DNA of 64,000 nt from Eledone cirrhosa. Lineage: Eukaryota. This document shows positions 41,336 through 56,467 of the stretch, piece by piece. Within the stretch, counting starts at the first letter, position 1. Each line of letters begins with the position of its first letter. The notes under the pieces were generated by a model. It had not been told where the DNA came from. It saw nothing but the letters and a program-made list of their open reading frames with translations, and did no database searches. The DNA is taken from contig OZ024754.1 in assembly GCA_964016885.1 (NCBI GenBank), forward strand, positions 2,790,001 to 2,854,000. The letters run 5' to 3'. The position numbers were made by a program, and so were the translations under genes.

Positions 41336-42368
41336 CCCTACAATAATAATGATGATGATGATGATGATGGTAATGATGATGATGGTGGTGGTGGTGGTGG
41401 TGGTGATGATGATGATGATGATAATGATGATGGCAATGATGATGATGACGATGGTGATGATGATGATGATGACGATGACGATGACAATAATGATGGTGAC
41501 GATGATAATGATGACGATGGTGATGATGGTAATGGTGGTGGTGGTGGTGGTGGTGATGGTGGTGGTGGTGGTGATGGTAATGACGATGATGATGGTGCTC
41601 TTCCAGATAATCCAATTCCCTTCGTTAGTCTGCACGAGTGGTTAGACTCATTAGTCACCAAAGTAAACTGGTCAAACCACCAACAGCTCCTCCCTAATAT
41701 TCTCAGATTCTCTGTGAAATTCTTGGTCAGAAAGTTACCATTCCTCGTCATTTGTCTTCAACTTTCATCATTAAATATCTCTCTCTCTCCTCTTTACTCT
41801 TGCACAATGTCTTCATTCCTTAACTTCTTCTTCTTCTTCGTTTTCTTCTTCTTCTACTTCTTCTTCTTCTTCGTTTTCTACTTCGTTTTCTTCTTTTTCT
41901 TTGTTTTCTTTTTCTTCTTCTTTGTTTTCTTCTTCTCCTTCTCCTCTTCTTTTCCTTCACTTTCTTCTTCCCCATCTCCCTCTTCTCCTCCTCTACCATT
42001 TCCTTCTTCTTCTCTTCCTTCCCCCCTCCTCTTTCACCTTCTCCTTCATCTCCTTCTCCCTCATCTTCTCCTTCTCCTTGTCCATGTCTTTCTTCTTTTT
42101 CTCCTCTTTCTTCTTCTTCTTACTCGTTGTCTTCGTATACGTCTTCTTTTTCTTCAAGATGGTAATTTCACCAATGTCGTTTTGGCTGTTGTTGTTGTTG
42201 TCATTGTTTGTGTTGTTTTCGTCATTATTGATTTTGCTGTTGTTTTGTTGTTGTGTGGGTTTTTGTTTTGTTTTTCTTGCATTGTTTTCTTTTTGCTTTG
42301 TTTTTTTATAATTGTTTCGAGTTTCTTCAAAGCAGAATTCCTAAAGAAGTGAAGAGTTAGATGAAGAA

Positions 42369-42464
<96 letters not shown>

Positions 42465-42943
42465 GACAGACAGAGAAAGAGAGATAGAGAGTGAAAGAGA
42501 GACAGAGAGTGAAAGAGATGGAGAGAGAGAGAGGGAGGGAAAGAAAGAGAGAGGTGTGGGGGAGAAGGATGGAGAGAAGACAGTGGAATTGCCTAATTAT
42601 AAAGCTAGTTGTATTACTTGAAGCTACGGAGACATTCTGAAAGTTTATAGTTTCTTTAACTAACTCTGAGAGAATGTGTGGTCTTGTAATGAAGAGAGAA
42701 AGTTCGAGATTCCTCATAATAAAGATTGCTTAAACTTTCAGAGACTAGCGACTGTGTTTACATATTAAACTTTTATTGGGCACAGAAACGGCTTATTACA
42801 CTAAAAGTACTGGACGACATCTGGAAGATTCCTTTAACATTTTTTTGGTTTTTATAAGAAACTGTAGTCACCTCTGGTTTACAATGTGGATATGTGTGTG
42901 TGTATGTGTGTCCATATATATGTGTGTGTGTGTGTGTGTGTCC

Positions 42944-43021
<78 letters not shown>

Positions 43022-43099
43022 CCATATATATATATGTGTGTGTGTGTATATATATATATGTGTGTGTGTGTGTGTCTGTGTCTCTGTCTCTGTGTGTCC

Positions 43100-43131
<32 letters not shown>

Positions 43132-43351
43132 CCATATATATATATATATGTGTGTGTGTCCATATATATATGTGTGTGTGTCTGTCTCTGTCTCTGTGTG
43201 TCCATATATGTGTGTGTGTGTGTGTCCATATATATGTGTGTGTGTGTCCATATATACATATGTGTGTGTGTGTGTCCCTATATATGTGTGTGTGTGTGTC
43301 TGTCTGTGTGTGTTTCTGTCTCTGTCTCTGTGTGTGTCCATATATATATAT

Positions 43352-43383
<32 letters not shown>

Positions 43384-44254
43384 CAGAGAGAGTGAGAGAG
43401 CGTGTGCATATATATATTCTTGCTACAATACTTTCTATACCTTTCATTTATATATATATATATATATATAAGATTGTGTGTGCGTATGTAGTTATAAATG
43501 AATGCATACATATCTTTGCATGTATACAGGTATACATGCATGTGTGCATGCATGTATGTATTTATGTATACATGTATGCACGTATGCATGTATCTATGTA
43601 TGTGTCTATCTATATAAGTATGTGTCTATGTATATATGTATATTTATCTATATATGTGTATGCGTCCATTCATGTGTTTTATTGAAAAGATCTCTTGTCA
43701 ATAACAAATACTTTTCGCCAGGGGTGTAAAACATAAACATCACAGAGACTACTACCATTATTTTATTACTATTATTATTATTATTATTGTTATTATATCT
43801 TCCTTCTTTTTCTATTTTTTGCTAATACCTTTCTTCTTTTTCTTCTTTTTCTTCTTTTTCTTCTTTTTCTTCTTTTTCTTCTGTTTTTTCCCCTAGATGT
43901 TTGTCCGTATATTTACGAACAATTGTCCCTTCTAGTAACGAATAAATAGGTTTTACAAGAATCAAAGTGACCTTTTCCAATTTAGATTAGAGAGGAACAA
44001 TTGACACAGAAGATTGTCACAAATGGAGGCCGGCTTTGGATTAGGGGCTTGATGGAGAGTGAATGGAGGATGGAGTAGGGTAGGGTGGGGTAGGGGAGAT
44101 TGTATAGTGAGGGGTGGGCTGAGGGTGGGCGGTTGTAATGCGGTGACGACGGTGGAGGGAGTATTCTGTGAAGATTAGTAGGTATATGTGTGTGTGTACA
44201 TGTATATATATATGTGTGTGTATGTGTGTGCATACATGTATATATATATACATA

Positions 44255-44346
<92 letters not shown>

Positions 44347-44751
44347 GTTCGAAATATCAGAAAACAAAGAAACCAAAAACCAAAAAGCAGACAAACGCAG
44401 GAGTAAATGTTACAAATATTATATATATATATGTGTGTGTGTGTGTGTTTGCGTATATATATATATATAAAAAAAGAGAGAGAGAGAGAGAGAGAGAGGG
44501 GGGGAGAGAGAGATAATAGATCTGTGGTCTGGTGAAGTAGTTAAGCTGAGAATGTGGTGTAGATATGAAAGAGGTGTCTTGGATGACAATGAAGAAGTGT
44601 AAGGATTGAGAGATTATAGTCTGAGTGGTGGGTAATATGTCGGGGGCCGCATAGGGTATAGAGAAACATACATACACACATACATACATACATACATACA
44701 TACATACATACATACATACATACATACATACATACATACACATATACACAT

Positions 44752-44950
44752 GCACAAGGCCAGTCATTTGGGGGGAGGAGAAAATCGATTAAATCGACCC
44801 AGTACGTTACTGGTACTTTATTTTATCAACCCCGTAAGGATGAAAGGCAAAGTCAACCTCGGCGGGATTTGAACTCAGAACATAAAGGGCCGTAACACTA
44901 TGCTGCAAAGCATGGCGTCCGACCTTCTACCGATAATGCCAACCCACCAC
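44752..44950 (-). mobile_element. SINE family 1
   Basis: Reverse head, B-box and core. Confidence 0.85.
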
Positions 44951-45202
44951 CCTCACTAAACAATCAATAATAATAATAATGGTGGTGTTTAAATTGTCTA
45001 AATTATTGTAACTTTTCCAAATGAATGCTTCCAATGTCCAGCCATACGGTAGGCGGCGTCGTGTCGTTTCTCAAGTTTAGCCAATAGTTGCTCAGCAAAT
45101 GAGCAAGATGAGTCATAATTAAAATTGGAGAAAACTTGAGGAATTGGACAGAGAACTATTAACTACTTGATTTAGACATAGAGATGCGTACATGTGTGTG
45201 AA

Positions 45203-45235
<33 letters not shown>

Positions 45236-45250
45236 AACTGTATATGCGTG

Positions 45251-45376
<126 letters not shown>

Positions 45377-45486
45377 GCTTGTGGGTACGTATGCAAGTTT
45401 ATGCTTGAAAAAAAAAATATATATATATATATATATATGTACATATATATAAGTTTATCTCTCTCTCTGTATATATATATATATAT

Positions 45487-45875
45487 ATGAATAAAGTTAG
45501 TCCTTCATCAGTGATCTTCCAACCATCATAGGCATTTCATCGCTTTAAAAACCATATACCTCCGGTTGGTGCGAGCAACGGTTAAAGAAAGTCGTTGGGA
45601 CACGTAAATAAGGGGAACGAGCGAGAATGTAAACAAACAAAGATGGTAATGCAACGAAAAGTGAGGAAGAAAGAGTCAAGTCCCAGATTTCTATGAATAT
45701 AAGTTCGGTGAAATCGTGAACGAGAAAGAATAAAGACCATCAAACCTAGTCGAAATGTGAGCAAGGAAGGAATTCCGCACAGGTCAAACGGGAGGAAGAA
45801 GGAGTTTAGTCCCTGAATTCGGTGAACATAAGTTCTGTGAAATCGTAGACAAGAGAGAAAAAAGGAACAACCAGA
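45487..45875 (-). mobile_element. ~320-bp dispersed repeat ending ..CTGATGAAGGACTAA.. at (TA)n, with an internal partial duplication
   Basis: Reverse homolog of 51450-51769. Confidence 0.8.
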
Positions 45876-46059
45876 TATATATATATACAGGTATCAATTG
45901 ATATGTAGGTGGTGTCGCAGAGTCGTTTATCAAAGTGAGAGACATGTTAATACCTCCTTGCAGACGTTCACTGCAGCAGCCAGTGTTTCGCTTTTCTCCA
46001 CTGGCTGTCACCTTGCATGGCGTCAATAAATTTAATTGTACACAATCGTCAGTACAGTG

Positions 46060-47645
46060 GTTGATGTTGTTGTTGTTGGTGTTGTTGTTGTTGTTGGTGG
46101 TGTTGTTGTTGGTGGTGGTGGTGCTGTTGGTGGTGTTGTTGTTGGTGGTGTTGTTGTTGGTGGTGGTGTTGTTGTTGGTGGTGTTGTTGTTGTTGGTGGT
46201 GGTGTTGTTGGTGTTGGTGTTGTTGTTGGTGGTGTTGTTGTTGGTGGTGGTGTTGGTGTTGGTGTTGTTGTTGGTGGTGTTGTTGTTGGTGGTGGTGTTG
46301 TTGTTGGTGGTGGTGTTGTTGGTGTTGGTGTTGTTGTTGGTGGTGTTGTTGTTGGTGGTGGTGTTGTTGTTGGTGGTGGTGTTGTTGGTGTTGGTGTTGT
46401 TGTTGGTGGTGTTGTTGTTGGTGGTGGTGTTGTTGTTGGTGGTGGTGTTGTTGGTGGTGGTGTTGTTGGTGTTGGTGTTGTTGGTGGTGGTGTTGTTGTT
46501 GGTGGTGGTGTTGTTGGTGTTGGTGTTGTTGTTGGTGGTGTTGTTGTTGATGTTTATACTGATGTTATTGTTGTTGTAGTGGTTGATATTGTTGTTATTG
46601 CTACTATTGCTGCTATTGTTGTAGTGGTTCATATTATTGTTGTTGTTGTTGTAGTGGTTATTGTTGTTGTTGTTGCTATTGTTGTTATAGTTGTTATGTT
46701 TGTTGCTGCTGCTGATGCTGTTATTGTTGTTGTAGTGTTTGGTATTAATATTGTTGTTGTGGTTGGTTCTATTGTTGTTGCAGTGTGTAGTGGTTGTTGT
46801 TGTTGTTGTTGTTGTTGCTGTAGTGGCTGTTGCTATTGTTGTTGTTGCTGATTGCTGTTGCTATTGTTGTTGTTACTGTAGTGGGTGTTGTGGTTGTTGC
46901 TATTGTTGTTGTTGCTGTGATTGTTGTTGCTATTGTTGTTGTTGCTGTAGTGGCTGTTGTGGTTGTTGCTCTTGTTGTTGTTGTTGCTATTGTTGTTTTG
47001 TTGTTGTTGCTGCTGTAGTGGCTGTTGTGGTTGTTGCTATTGTTGTTGTTGTTGCTGTTGAAAGCTTCTGTTGATAGAGTATAGTTTATTGCCGTGGGAC
47101 GTGATGATGTCGGCTGTAGTGACTGTAGTTTTAGAGGAGGTGGATACTGTTGAGTGGCGGGGTGGATGGGGTAGGTCTTCTATTGTTGTATTTACTGTAT
47201 GTGTAGGTCGTGTTACTTGGTGGTGGTGGTGTGGTGGTGGTGGTGTGGTGTGGTGGTGGTGGTAGTTGTGGTGGTGGTAATGGTGTTGGTGGTGGTGGTG
47301 GTAGTGGTGGTGGTAGTCGTGGTGGTGGTAGTCGTGGTGGTGGTGGTGGTGGTGGTGTGGTGGAGGTATGGTGGTGGTGGTGGTGGTGTTGCTGGTGGTT
47401 GTCGTGGTGGTATTCGTGGTGGTGGTGGTGGTGGTGGTGGTGGTAGTTGTGGTGGTCGTGGTGGTAGTCGTGGCGGTGGTTGTGGTGGTGGTGGTAATGG
47501 TGTTGGTGGTCGTGGCGGTGGTGGTGTTGATGGAGACGATGGCAGTGGTGGTGGCGATGGTGGTGTTAGTGGTGGTGCTGATGGTAGTGGTGGTGATGTT
47601 GGTGGCGATGGTGATGGTAGTAGTGACCGCGGTCGACATGGTGGT
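46060..47645. repeat. (GTT/GGT)n compound trinucleotide tract with a unique island at 47060-47215
   Basis: Direct inspection. Confidence 0.85.
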
Positions 47646-48004
47646 GGTGGTTTAACCCCGAATCAACCCTGATCAAGAACCCCTTTAATCAAGCACCTTC
47701 CAATCGTGGATAACACCCATTTTCTAGGGCTTGCTTTGAAATATAAAATACGTTTGTTTTTTCCTTTTTATATTCCTCCATCTACAAAATCTACTGGGCT
47801 TGTCCTTCATATTTTATTTCTAACTGGAAATTCCTCAGAGAACGAATGATAGCTTTTTTTCCACGAGTGGCTTGTTAGTTTTATAACTATTTATATCAAA
47901 CTCAGACCATGACTCAGCTGATTTGGTTTGTCTGATTTGCATAACTATGCATTAATTGGCAACGTGGATAATTAATGAACCACGAGAAGGAGGGAGAGAA
48001 TGAC

Positions 48005-48420
48005 TAACTATTTCTAATTTAGTCTCAATGCCAGGAAAAGTTAATTATACCTCAGTACATAACAGATATTTTAATTTATTAACCTCAGAAGGACGAAATA
48101 CAAAGTTGACCTCAACGAGAATTGAACTCTGAACATTAAGAGATGTAACTAATTGACACAAAGGAATTTGTCCGGCGCTCTAACGATTTTTCTAGTCCAA
48201 TAATAATTGTTTCTACGTTAGGCACAAGGCCAGCAATGAACCAGTACATTACTGGTACTTTATTTTATCGACCCCGTAAGGATGAAAGGCAAAGTTAACC
48301 TCGGCGGGATTTGAACTCAGATTGTAAAGGGACGTAACTCTATGCTTCAACGCATGGTGTCCGACTCTCTAGTCCAATAATAATGGTTTCTGATTTAGAC
48401 TCAAGGCCAACAATTTGGAA
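48005..48420 (-). mobile_element. SINE family 1: old copy plus younger copy
   Basis: Two reverse cores; tctagtccaataataat is duplicated either side of the younger copy. Confidence 0.75.
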
Positions 48421-49251
48421 TGAACGCGTGAAGTGGTGGAAAAAAAATTTGAAAAATTAATAAGCGAGGGTGGGAGGACAATTATTCAAGACCTGAGGGC
48501 AGCTAAATGGTCATCTTTGAAACGGACGAAGGACCTATCAGCAGCAGCAGTTTACTTGGAAACAATTTATTATATTGTAAAGGGAACAAATGACTTTACA
48601 GTGAAGCTGTATCACCTTCATCTACAATAGATGTAACGTTAATTGACAGAGTAACATTGAAAGCAGTGCTAACCCACACAGAGATTTTCAGATAACCTTA
48701 TCTTAGTTTTACACAGTCTATCTCAACCCAATAGAGACATTAAGAGGTATAAAGCTTAACTGACAGCATTGGTTGGTTGGCTGGTTGGTTGGTAGTTTAC
48801 CTGCTGGCTTAGGGTGACGGCTGGTTTGTTGTGGGTCACATGCATTTCTTTCTTTATTTATCTCTACCTTTTTAGACTTTGCTTTTGTCAACAATAACAA
48901 CGACAACAAACAACAATAGCATGTAAGTTAAGGTAAAGTTGATTGACATTAGAATGGACGAAGCGCATGTTGCTATGTCAACTAATAAAAAAATAAAAAT
49001 AAACAAACAATAATTAAACCTAAAGAAGTAGCCCCCTATTTTTTGAAATAAAATAAAACAAAATGCTAACCCTTTCTCCCTTTCACACAAAAAAGGGGCC
49101 ACAGAAGTCAGCACCACAAACGATCAGAAATCTTTACACACAAACAAAAAAACAATCTGTGACTATAAGGTGTTGTAACATGTAAAGTGTCAAAGATAGA
49201 AACTGTGAGGCTGTCCAGAACAACAACAACAACAACAGTAATAATAATAAT

Positions 49252-49430
49252 GATTTCATTTATTGGCCACGAGGGCCGACATGTAGGGGACAATACAAAG
49301 ACAGGGACAGCGGGGGGTTTACAATAAGGTCGAGAAAAAGTGCACAATAGCAAGACTAATTTAACAGTGAAAATATAAAAAATATTAAATAAACTATGCA
49401 TAAATATAACAAAATAAATTCCCCAATAGA
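49252..49430 (-). mobile_element. LINE-like 3' end, related to the 14536/55638 family
   Basis: atttcatttattggccacgagggccgacatgtaggggacaatacaaagaca. Confidence 0.65.
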
Positions 49431-49611
49431 GGGTGGACGACCCAGAGGTGACTCAGGTACCCCACCAATCCAAAACCACCCGACGCTTCTAGGGCACCCG
49501 GGGGGGGCACCCAGGGGGGGGGGGGCACCCCTCTTCTCCTCAAGTTAGCCAGTCTATAGGCGCATGGTCAGAGTAGGCCCACTCACATGGGCCAATAATA
49601 ATAATAATAAT

Positions 49612-49845
49612 AATAATTGTTTCTACTTTAGGCACAAGGCTAACAATTACCCCAGTACATTACTGGTACTTTATTTTATCAACCCCGTAAGGATGAAAGG
49701 CAAAGTTAACCTCGGCGAGATTTGAACTCAGACCATAAAGGGGCGTAACTTTATGCGGCAAAGCATGGCGTCCGACCCTCTACCGATACTGCCAATCGAT
49801 GATTTCATTTATTGGCCACAAGGGCCGACATTAGGGGACAATAAT
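49612..49845 (-). mobile_element. LINE-tail/SINE family 1 fusion
   Basis: Minus strand gtcccctaatgtcggcccttgtggccaataaatgaaatcatc, then gattggcagtatcggtagagggtcggac (SINE head). Confidence 0.8.
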
Positions 49846-50294
49846 AATAATAACAACAACAATAGCAACAATAATGGAAAGCAATGGAAGACGTCTGTGT
49901 AAAGTTATAACATGGCGACAGTTTAATTCGGGAGGGAGGGGGAGGGGTAGTGACCAGAGGGGCGGAGGGAGGGTGCTGGATGGAGTTAAACAATGGAGAA
50001 ACGAATGGCAAACCTCTTAACCCCTGCAAAAACACAAATAAATAAATAAATAAATAAATAAAAGCCCCTAACCATCGCCAACGATCTAAATAAAGAAGAA
50101 GAAGAAAAAGAAAAAGAAAAAGAAAAAGAAGAAGAAGAAGAAGAAAGAAAGAAGAAGAAAGAAAGAAAGAAAGAAAGCGAAAGTTGAAGAATTAGCAGCC
50201 GTCGTCAAACATGAACCAATTTGCCAGACAAAACTACTCCAACTACCCAATAACCAATCACGTGACCATTACTACAAAATTTATCTTTAAGGTC

Positions 50295-50349
<55 letters not shown>

Positions 50350-50812
50350 TATATATATATGTATGTTTTTTTTAGAATCTACCTTCAGCTTATTCCATGT
50401 TGTCTGGGTTTCTGTCTTGTATGGGTCCCTGTAATTTGTATTCATTGTTTCTCTTTTTTTTTTTCTTGAATTTGTGGGGGGTTTTTTTGTAAAGTGGCTG
50501 ACTATATTTGTGTTTTTACTTTTTGGAGATTTTTTGGCAGGTTTCTGTGTATATTTATAATAGTGGTTGTTGGAGTTTGTTTGTATCATTCAGCCTTTAG
50601 GTAGGACTTTCCTACACTGAAAGGCCATGTGTAATGCTTCTGTCAAATACCTTGTCACAGTGTGAGGTTTTTCCCAATGCCATTAAGGACACAAATGACA
50701 AAACCGACATATATAACTAAAATACAAAACATTAACATAGGTTAACTAATGCCAAGTATATTAGTCACAAATAACTTTCTGTGATATATATCTTACACAC
50801 ATACATATATAT

Positions 50813-50887
<75 letters not shown>

Positions 50888-50948
50888 TACACACATACAT
50901 ATATATGTGATATATATATCTATATATCTTACACACATACAAATATAT

Positions 50949-51009
<61 letters not shown>

Positions 51010-51184
51010 TACACACATACATATATATGTGATATATATACATAGAGCGCGAGAGAGGGAGAGAGAGATCAAACAAACGTGTATAAAATATATAAAATTT
51101 TGAAGTAATATATATTTTTTTAAATACAAATCAAACATATTCTCACATTTCTTAATCAACTATAAAGTACATCTCTCATGTATA

Positions 51185-51282
<98 letters not shown>

Positions 51283-51449
51283 ATTTTCATATTCACACAT
51301 ATATATTTTCCTCCGCTGTGACCCGTCTGTTTCTTTCTTACTGCTTCCTCTTTTCTCTGTATCTCTCACTTCCCTTTACCCCCTCTAACAGTTACTCTCT
51401 CTGTTAGCCTCTTCCTCACCTTTCACTCACTCACTCTCTGCTACTCCCT

Positions 51450-51769
51450 CTCCTACTTCCTCCCGTTTGACCTGTGCGAAATTCTTTCCTTGCTCACATA
51501 TCGACCAGGTTTGATGGTCGTTATTCTCTCTCGTCCACGATTTCACAGAACTTAAATTCATCGATTTCAGGGACTTGACTCTTTCTTCCTCACTTTTGGT
51601 TGCATTACCATCTTTGATTGTTTACTGTCTCGCTCGTTCCCCTTATTTACGTGTCCCAACGACTTTCTTTAGCCGTTGCTCGCACCAACCGGAGGTATAT
51701 GGTCTTTAAAGCGATGAAATACCAATGAAGGTTGGAAGATCACTGATGAAGGACTAAATTTATTCATAT
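51450..51769 (+). mobile_element. ~320-bp dispersed repeat, second copy
   Basis: Reverse homolog of 45487-45803. Confidence 0.8.
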
Positions 51770-51810
51770 GTAACCCATTTGCAACCACACAGCACGCTTG
51801 TTTTCATATT

Positions 51811-51929
<119 letters not shown>

Positions 51930-51932
51930 TTA

Positions 51933-51988
51933 ATAGGAAAAAGTATGACTCTGACGGCAGAGCTGAAGCTGTTTCGACAGCTATTTCT
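51933..51988 (-). mobile_element. Family G fragment in (TA)n
   Basis: aggaaaaagtatgactctgacggcagagctgaagctgtttcgacagctatttctg. Confidence 0.7.
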
Positions 51989-51989
51989 G

Positions 51990-52045
<56 letters not shown>

Positions 52046-52328
52046 GTGTGTATATATGTATGTATATATATATATATGTATGTATATATATATATATGTA
52101 TCTATATGTATATATACGTATGCATATATATATATGTATATGTATATATATGTATGTATATATATATGTATCTATATGTATATATACGTATGCATATATA
52201 TATATGTATATGTATATATATGTATGTATATATATATGTATATATATATATATATGTATGTATAAATATATATATATGTATATATATATATATTTATACA
52301 TATATATATATAAATATATATATATAAT

Positions 52329-52375
<47 letters not shown>

Positions 52376-52392
52376 GTATATATACATATATG

Positions 52393-52436
<44 letters not shown>

Positions 52437-52453
52437 CATTATATAGGTAAAAT

Positions 52454-52535
<82 letters not shown>

Positions 52536-52871
52536 GAGAGGAAGTGGAGAGTGTGGAGAAAAAACCCAGAAAATTAGCCATTAATATCACAATCATTCGC
52601 TAGAGTGGTTCCATTTATGTCTTTTTGTCGACAGATCTCCCCGTGTACCTGTATACAGGTGTGTGTATAGGAATGGCTTTCTATGTTCAAGTATATCTAT
52701 ATGTGTTGAACACTTGTGTGTGTGTGTGTGTGTAAGTGTGAGTGTATGTGTGTGTGTGAGTGAGTGTGCAAAAGTTGAGCCTAGTTTAAGATGTGTATGT
52801 ATATATATATATATATATGGTGGATGTGTATGTACTGGGGTTTGTATATACATATATAATGTGTATACATA

Positions 52872-52919
<48 letters not shown>

Positions 52920-52951
52920 TATATATATATATAATGTATATATATATAATG

Positions 52952-52982
<31 letters not shown>

Positions 52983-53143
52983 CATATACATGATTATATA
53001 TATATATATATAACATCCAAGAATTTAACTGCTGTGATTTACGGATTAATAGGTGAAATATATTTCTTACTTAAAGAAATATATACAAAGGAGATTAATC
53101 ATTTTAAAAGGTATCTAGACATGACAACCCTTAATTTTAATTT

Positions 53144-53194
<51 letters not shown>

Positions 53195-53240
53195 AACTAA
53201 AATAAATAAGTCAAATATTTAAAATTTGGCTTCATTTATT

Positions 53241-53295
53241 ACTGCTATATATATTTCGGTGACAGCCATCTCTGGCTGTGACCTCTTCAGGCAGT
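53241..53295 (-). ncRNA. Type I hammerhead ribozyme (family C)
   Basis: ACTGC-CTGAAGA-GGTCACAGCCA-gaga-TGGCTGTCACC-GAAA-TATATA-TA^-GCAGT; G10.1-C11.1 pair, GNRA loop II, palindromic stem III; lies in a ~260-bp island between (TA)n tracts. Confidence 0.88.
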
Positions 53296-54040
53296 CCGAA
53301 TTAGTGTGGTAGAGACAAGTACACATGTTGTTGAGGTGTTTAACTTTGTCAATACTCTGATATGCCCAGACCCTGGTTGGGTTGTTGTTTCACTGAGGAA
53401 CTAGAGTCAGTCATATGGTGTCGGCAAACAACCAACATATACTCAAACTATATATATATATATATATATATATAATCATGTATATGTATATAATCATGTA
53501 TATATATGCATATATCGATGGAGATTTAATGCGTGTATGTAACTGCGTAGTGTTTCAATGTCCTAAAATCTAACAAATTCTTCAGCTTTGTTTTCTCCTT
53601 CTTCTTCTCCTTCCTCTTTCTTCCCTCTTCTCCTCCTTCTTCTCCTTCTCACTCCTTCTTCTCTCTCCTTTCCCTCTCCCTTCTCCTCCTCTCTCCTTTC
53701 CCTCTCCCTTCTCCTCCTCTCTTCCTTCCCAACATACGATCTGATTAAATTATACCAGATACATTAAAATTCATGATCTTTGCTGTTATTGTCCAGCGAC
53801 TATAACAACAACGGCGACAACGACAGAAACAACAACGACAACAACAACAACAAAAACAACAACGACAACAACAACAACAACAAAAACAACAACGACAACA
53901 ACAACAACGACAGCAACAACAATTACGTTAGTGAAATTATAGGGGACTCTGGGAAATCTTATGTAAATTTACAGTACACCCTCTTCCTGATAGACAAAGA
54001 CGGATGGGAAGATCTGGGAGATTCTGATCATTGATGGGAA

Positions 54041-54091
<51 letters not shown>

Positions 54092-54174
54092 TGTGTGTGT
54101 GTATATACGTGTATATATATTTCACACAAATTTACAGGAGAGGACTGAATGTCGATGAACTAACAGTGATTGTA

Positions 54175-54900
54175 TGATGGTGATGGTGGTGGTGGTGGTG
54201 GTGGTTATTGGTGGTGGTGGTGGTGGTGTTGGTGGTGGTGATGGTGTTGGTGGTGGTGGTGGTGGTGGTGGTGATGGTGGTAGTGTTATTGGTGGTGGCG
54301 GTGGTGGTGTTGGTGGTGGTGATGGTGTTGGTGGTGGTGGTGGCGGTGGTGGTGTTGGTAGTGGTGATGGTGTTGGTGGTGGTGGTGGTGGTGGTGGTGG
54401 TGGTGGTGGTGGTGGTGGTGGTGATGGTGGTAGTGTTACTGGTGGTGGTGATGGTGGTGGTGGTGATGATGGTGGTGGCCATGGTGGTGGTGGTGTTATT
54501 GGTGGTGGTAGTGGTGATGGTGGTGGTGGCGATGGTGGTAGTGTTATTGGTGGTGGTAGTGGTGATGGTGGTGGTGGTGTTGGTGGTGGTGTTGGTGGTG
54601 GTGGTGATGGTGGTAGTGTTATTGGTGGTGGTGGTGTTGGTGGTGGTGGTGGTGGTGTTGGTGGTGGTGGTATTGGTGGTGGTGGTAGTGGTAGTGGTGG
54701 TGGTGTTGGTGGTGGTAGTGGTGGTGTTGGTGGTGTTGGTGGTATTGGTAGTGGTGGTGGTATTGATGGTATTGGTGGTGGTAGTGTTGGTAGTGGTATT
54801 GGTGATAGTGGTGGTGGTGGTAGTGATGGTGGTGGTGGTGGTGGTGGTGGTGGTAGTGATGGTGGTGGTAGTGGTGGTAGTGGTGGTAGTGGTGGTGGTG
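54175..54900. repeat. (GGT)n-based low-complexity tract
   Basis: Direct inspection. Confidence 0.9.
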
Positions 54901-55036
54901 TAGGAAGCAAGTTAGGAGCAGAATGAAAATGAAAGAAGCAGCCGATAATATTGAACGTGTAACACTCTGGGAATATCCATATATAGCTAGGAAGATATGA
55001 ATATGTATATATCTGGCCGTCTGTGTATACATACGT

Positions 55037-55109
<73 letters not shown>

Positions 55110-55637
55110 TATATTTATACATACACATACCTATATATACACATATATATGCCTACACATACATATATATACATACACATACACATACATATTTATACAT
55201 ACACATACATATACATACACATATACGTACACACACATATATATATATGTATACGCACACATATATATACATACACATACATATATATACATACACATAC
55301 ATATATATATATACACATATACGTACACACACACATATACTGTATATATATACATATAAGTATACACACACATATATATACATACACATACATATATACA
55401 TATACACATATAGGTACACACACACATATATTTATACACGCATATATAATATATATATATATATATGTGTGTGTGTGTTTATATCTGTGTATGTATATGT
55501 GTATATATATATAAGTATGTGTATGTCTATATGTGTACGTAATATGTGTATATACATATGTATGTGCATGTGTATATATGTGTGTGTATACATATATGTA
55601 TATATATATACATATATATAGAGAGAGAGATAGATAT

Positions 55638-55826
55638 ATTTCTTTATTAGCCACAAGGGCGCACAAGAAAAGGGGACAATACAAAGACATGCCGGGGATT
55701 TTACATACAGTCGTGTAAAAAATATAAAAACAAACAATTACAACGATCGAAATCCCCAATAGGGGGGAGGCGCCACAAATGGGTTGTTTAATACCCCGTA
55801 GATAGAACAACCCTCAACTCCAGGAG
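55638..55826 (-). mobile_element. LINE-like 3' end, second copy
   Basis: Homologous to 14536-14727. Confidence 0.7.
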
Positions 55827-55961
55827 CGTGTTGTGCAAGTGCTCCTTTCTTCCTTTTGCTCTCTTCCTCAACCTACAGGTTTATATACAGAGAAGGCCCA
55901 ATCACTCGGGCCATTTTCGCTTCATTCACCCACCTTTCAGTAAATTTACTGGGGTGCAGTG

Positions 55962-56398
<437 letters not shown>

Positions 56399-56467
56399 GT
56401 ATTGTATTTTATTTACTTTATTCTTAACTCTGAAGCCGAGAATCATTCGGTTTCCTAGTTAGAATTC

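Noticed and set aside
45784-47639. Large T/N/H-rich minus-strand exon
   Set aside because: Joining the ORFs needs several frameshifts and passes stops; better explained as a trinucleotide tract.
51700-51769. GAAA upstream of CTGATGA as a type II hammerhead
   Set aside because: No valid UH site or stem I hairpin between them, and the stem II strands are not adjacent to the core.
53795-54034. Plus-strand N/D-rich ORF with acceptor-like start (..YVSEIIGDSGKSYVNLQYTLFLIDKDGWEDLGDSDH*)
   Set aside because: Half of it is an (AAC)n repeat, with no homology or partner exons; cannot be supported without RNA data.
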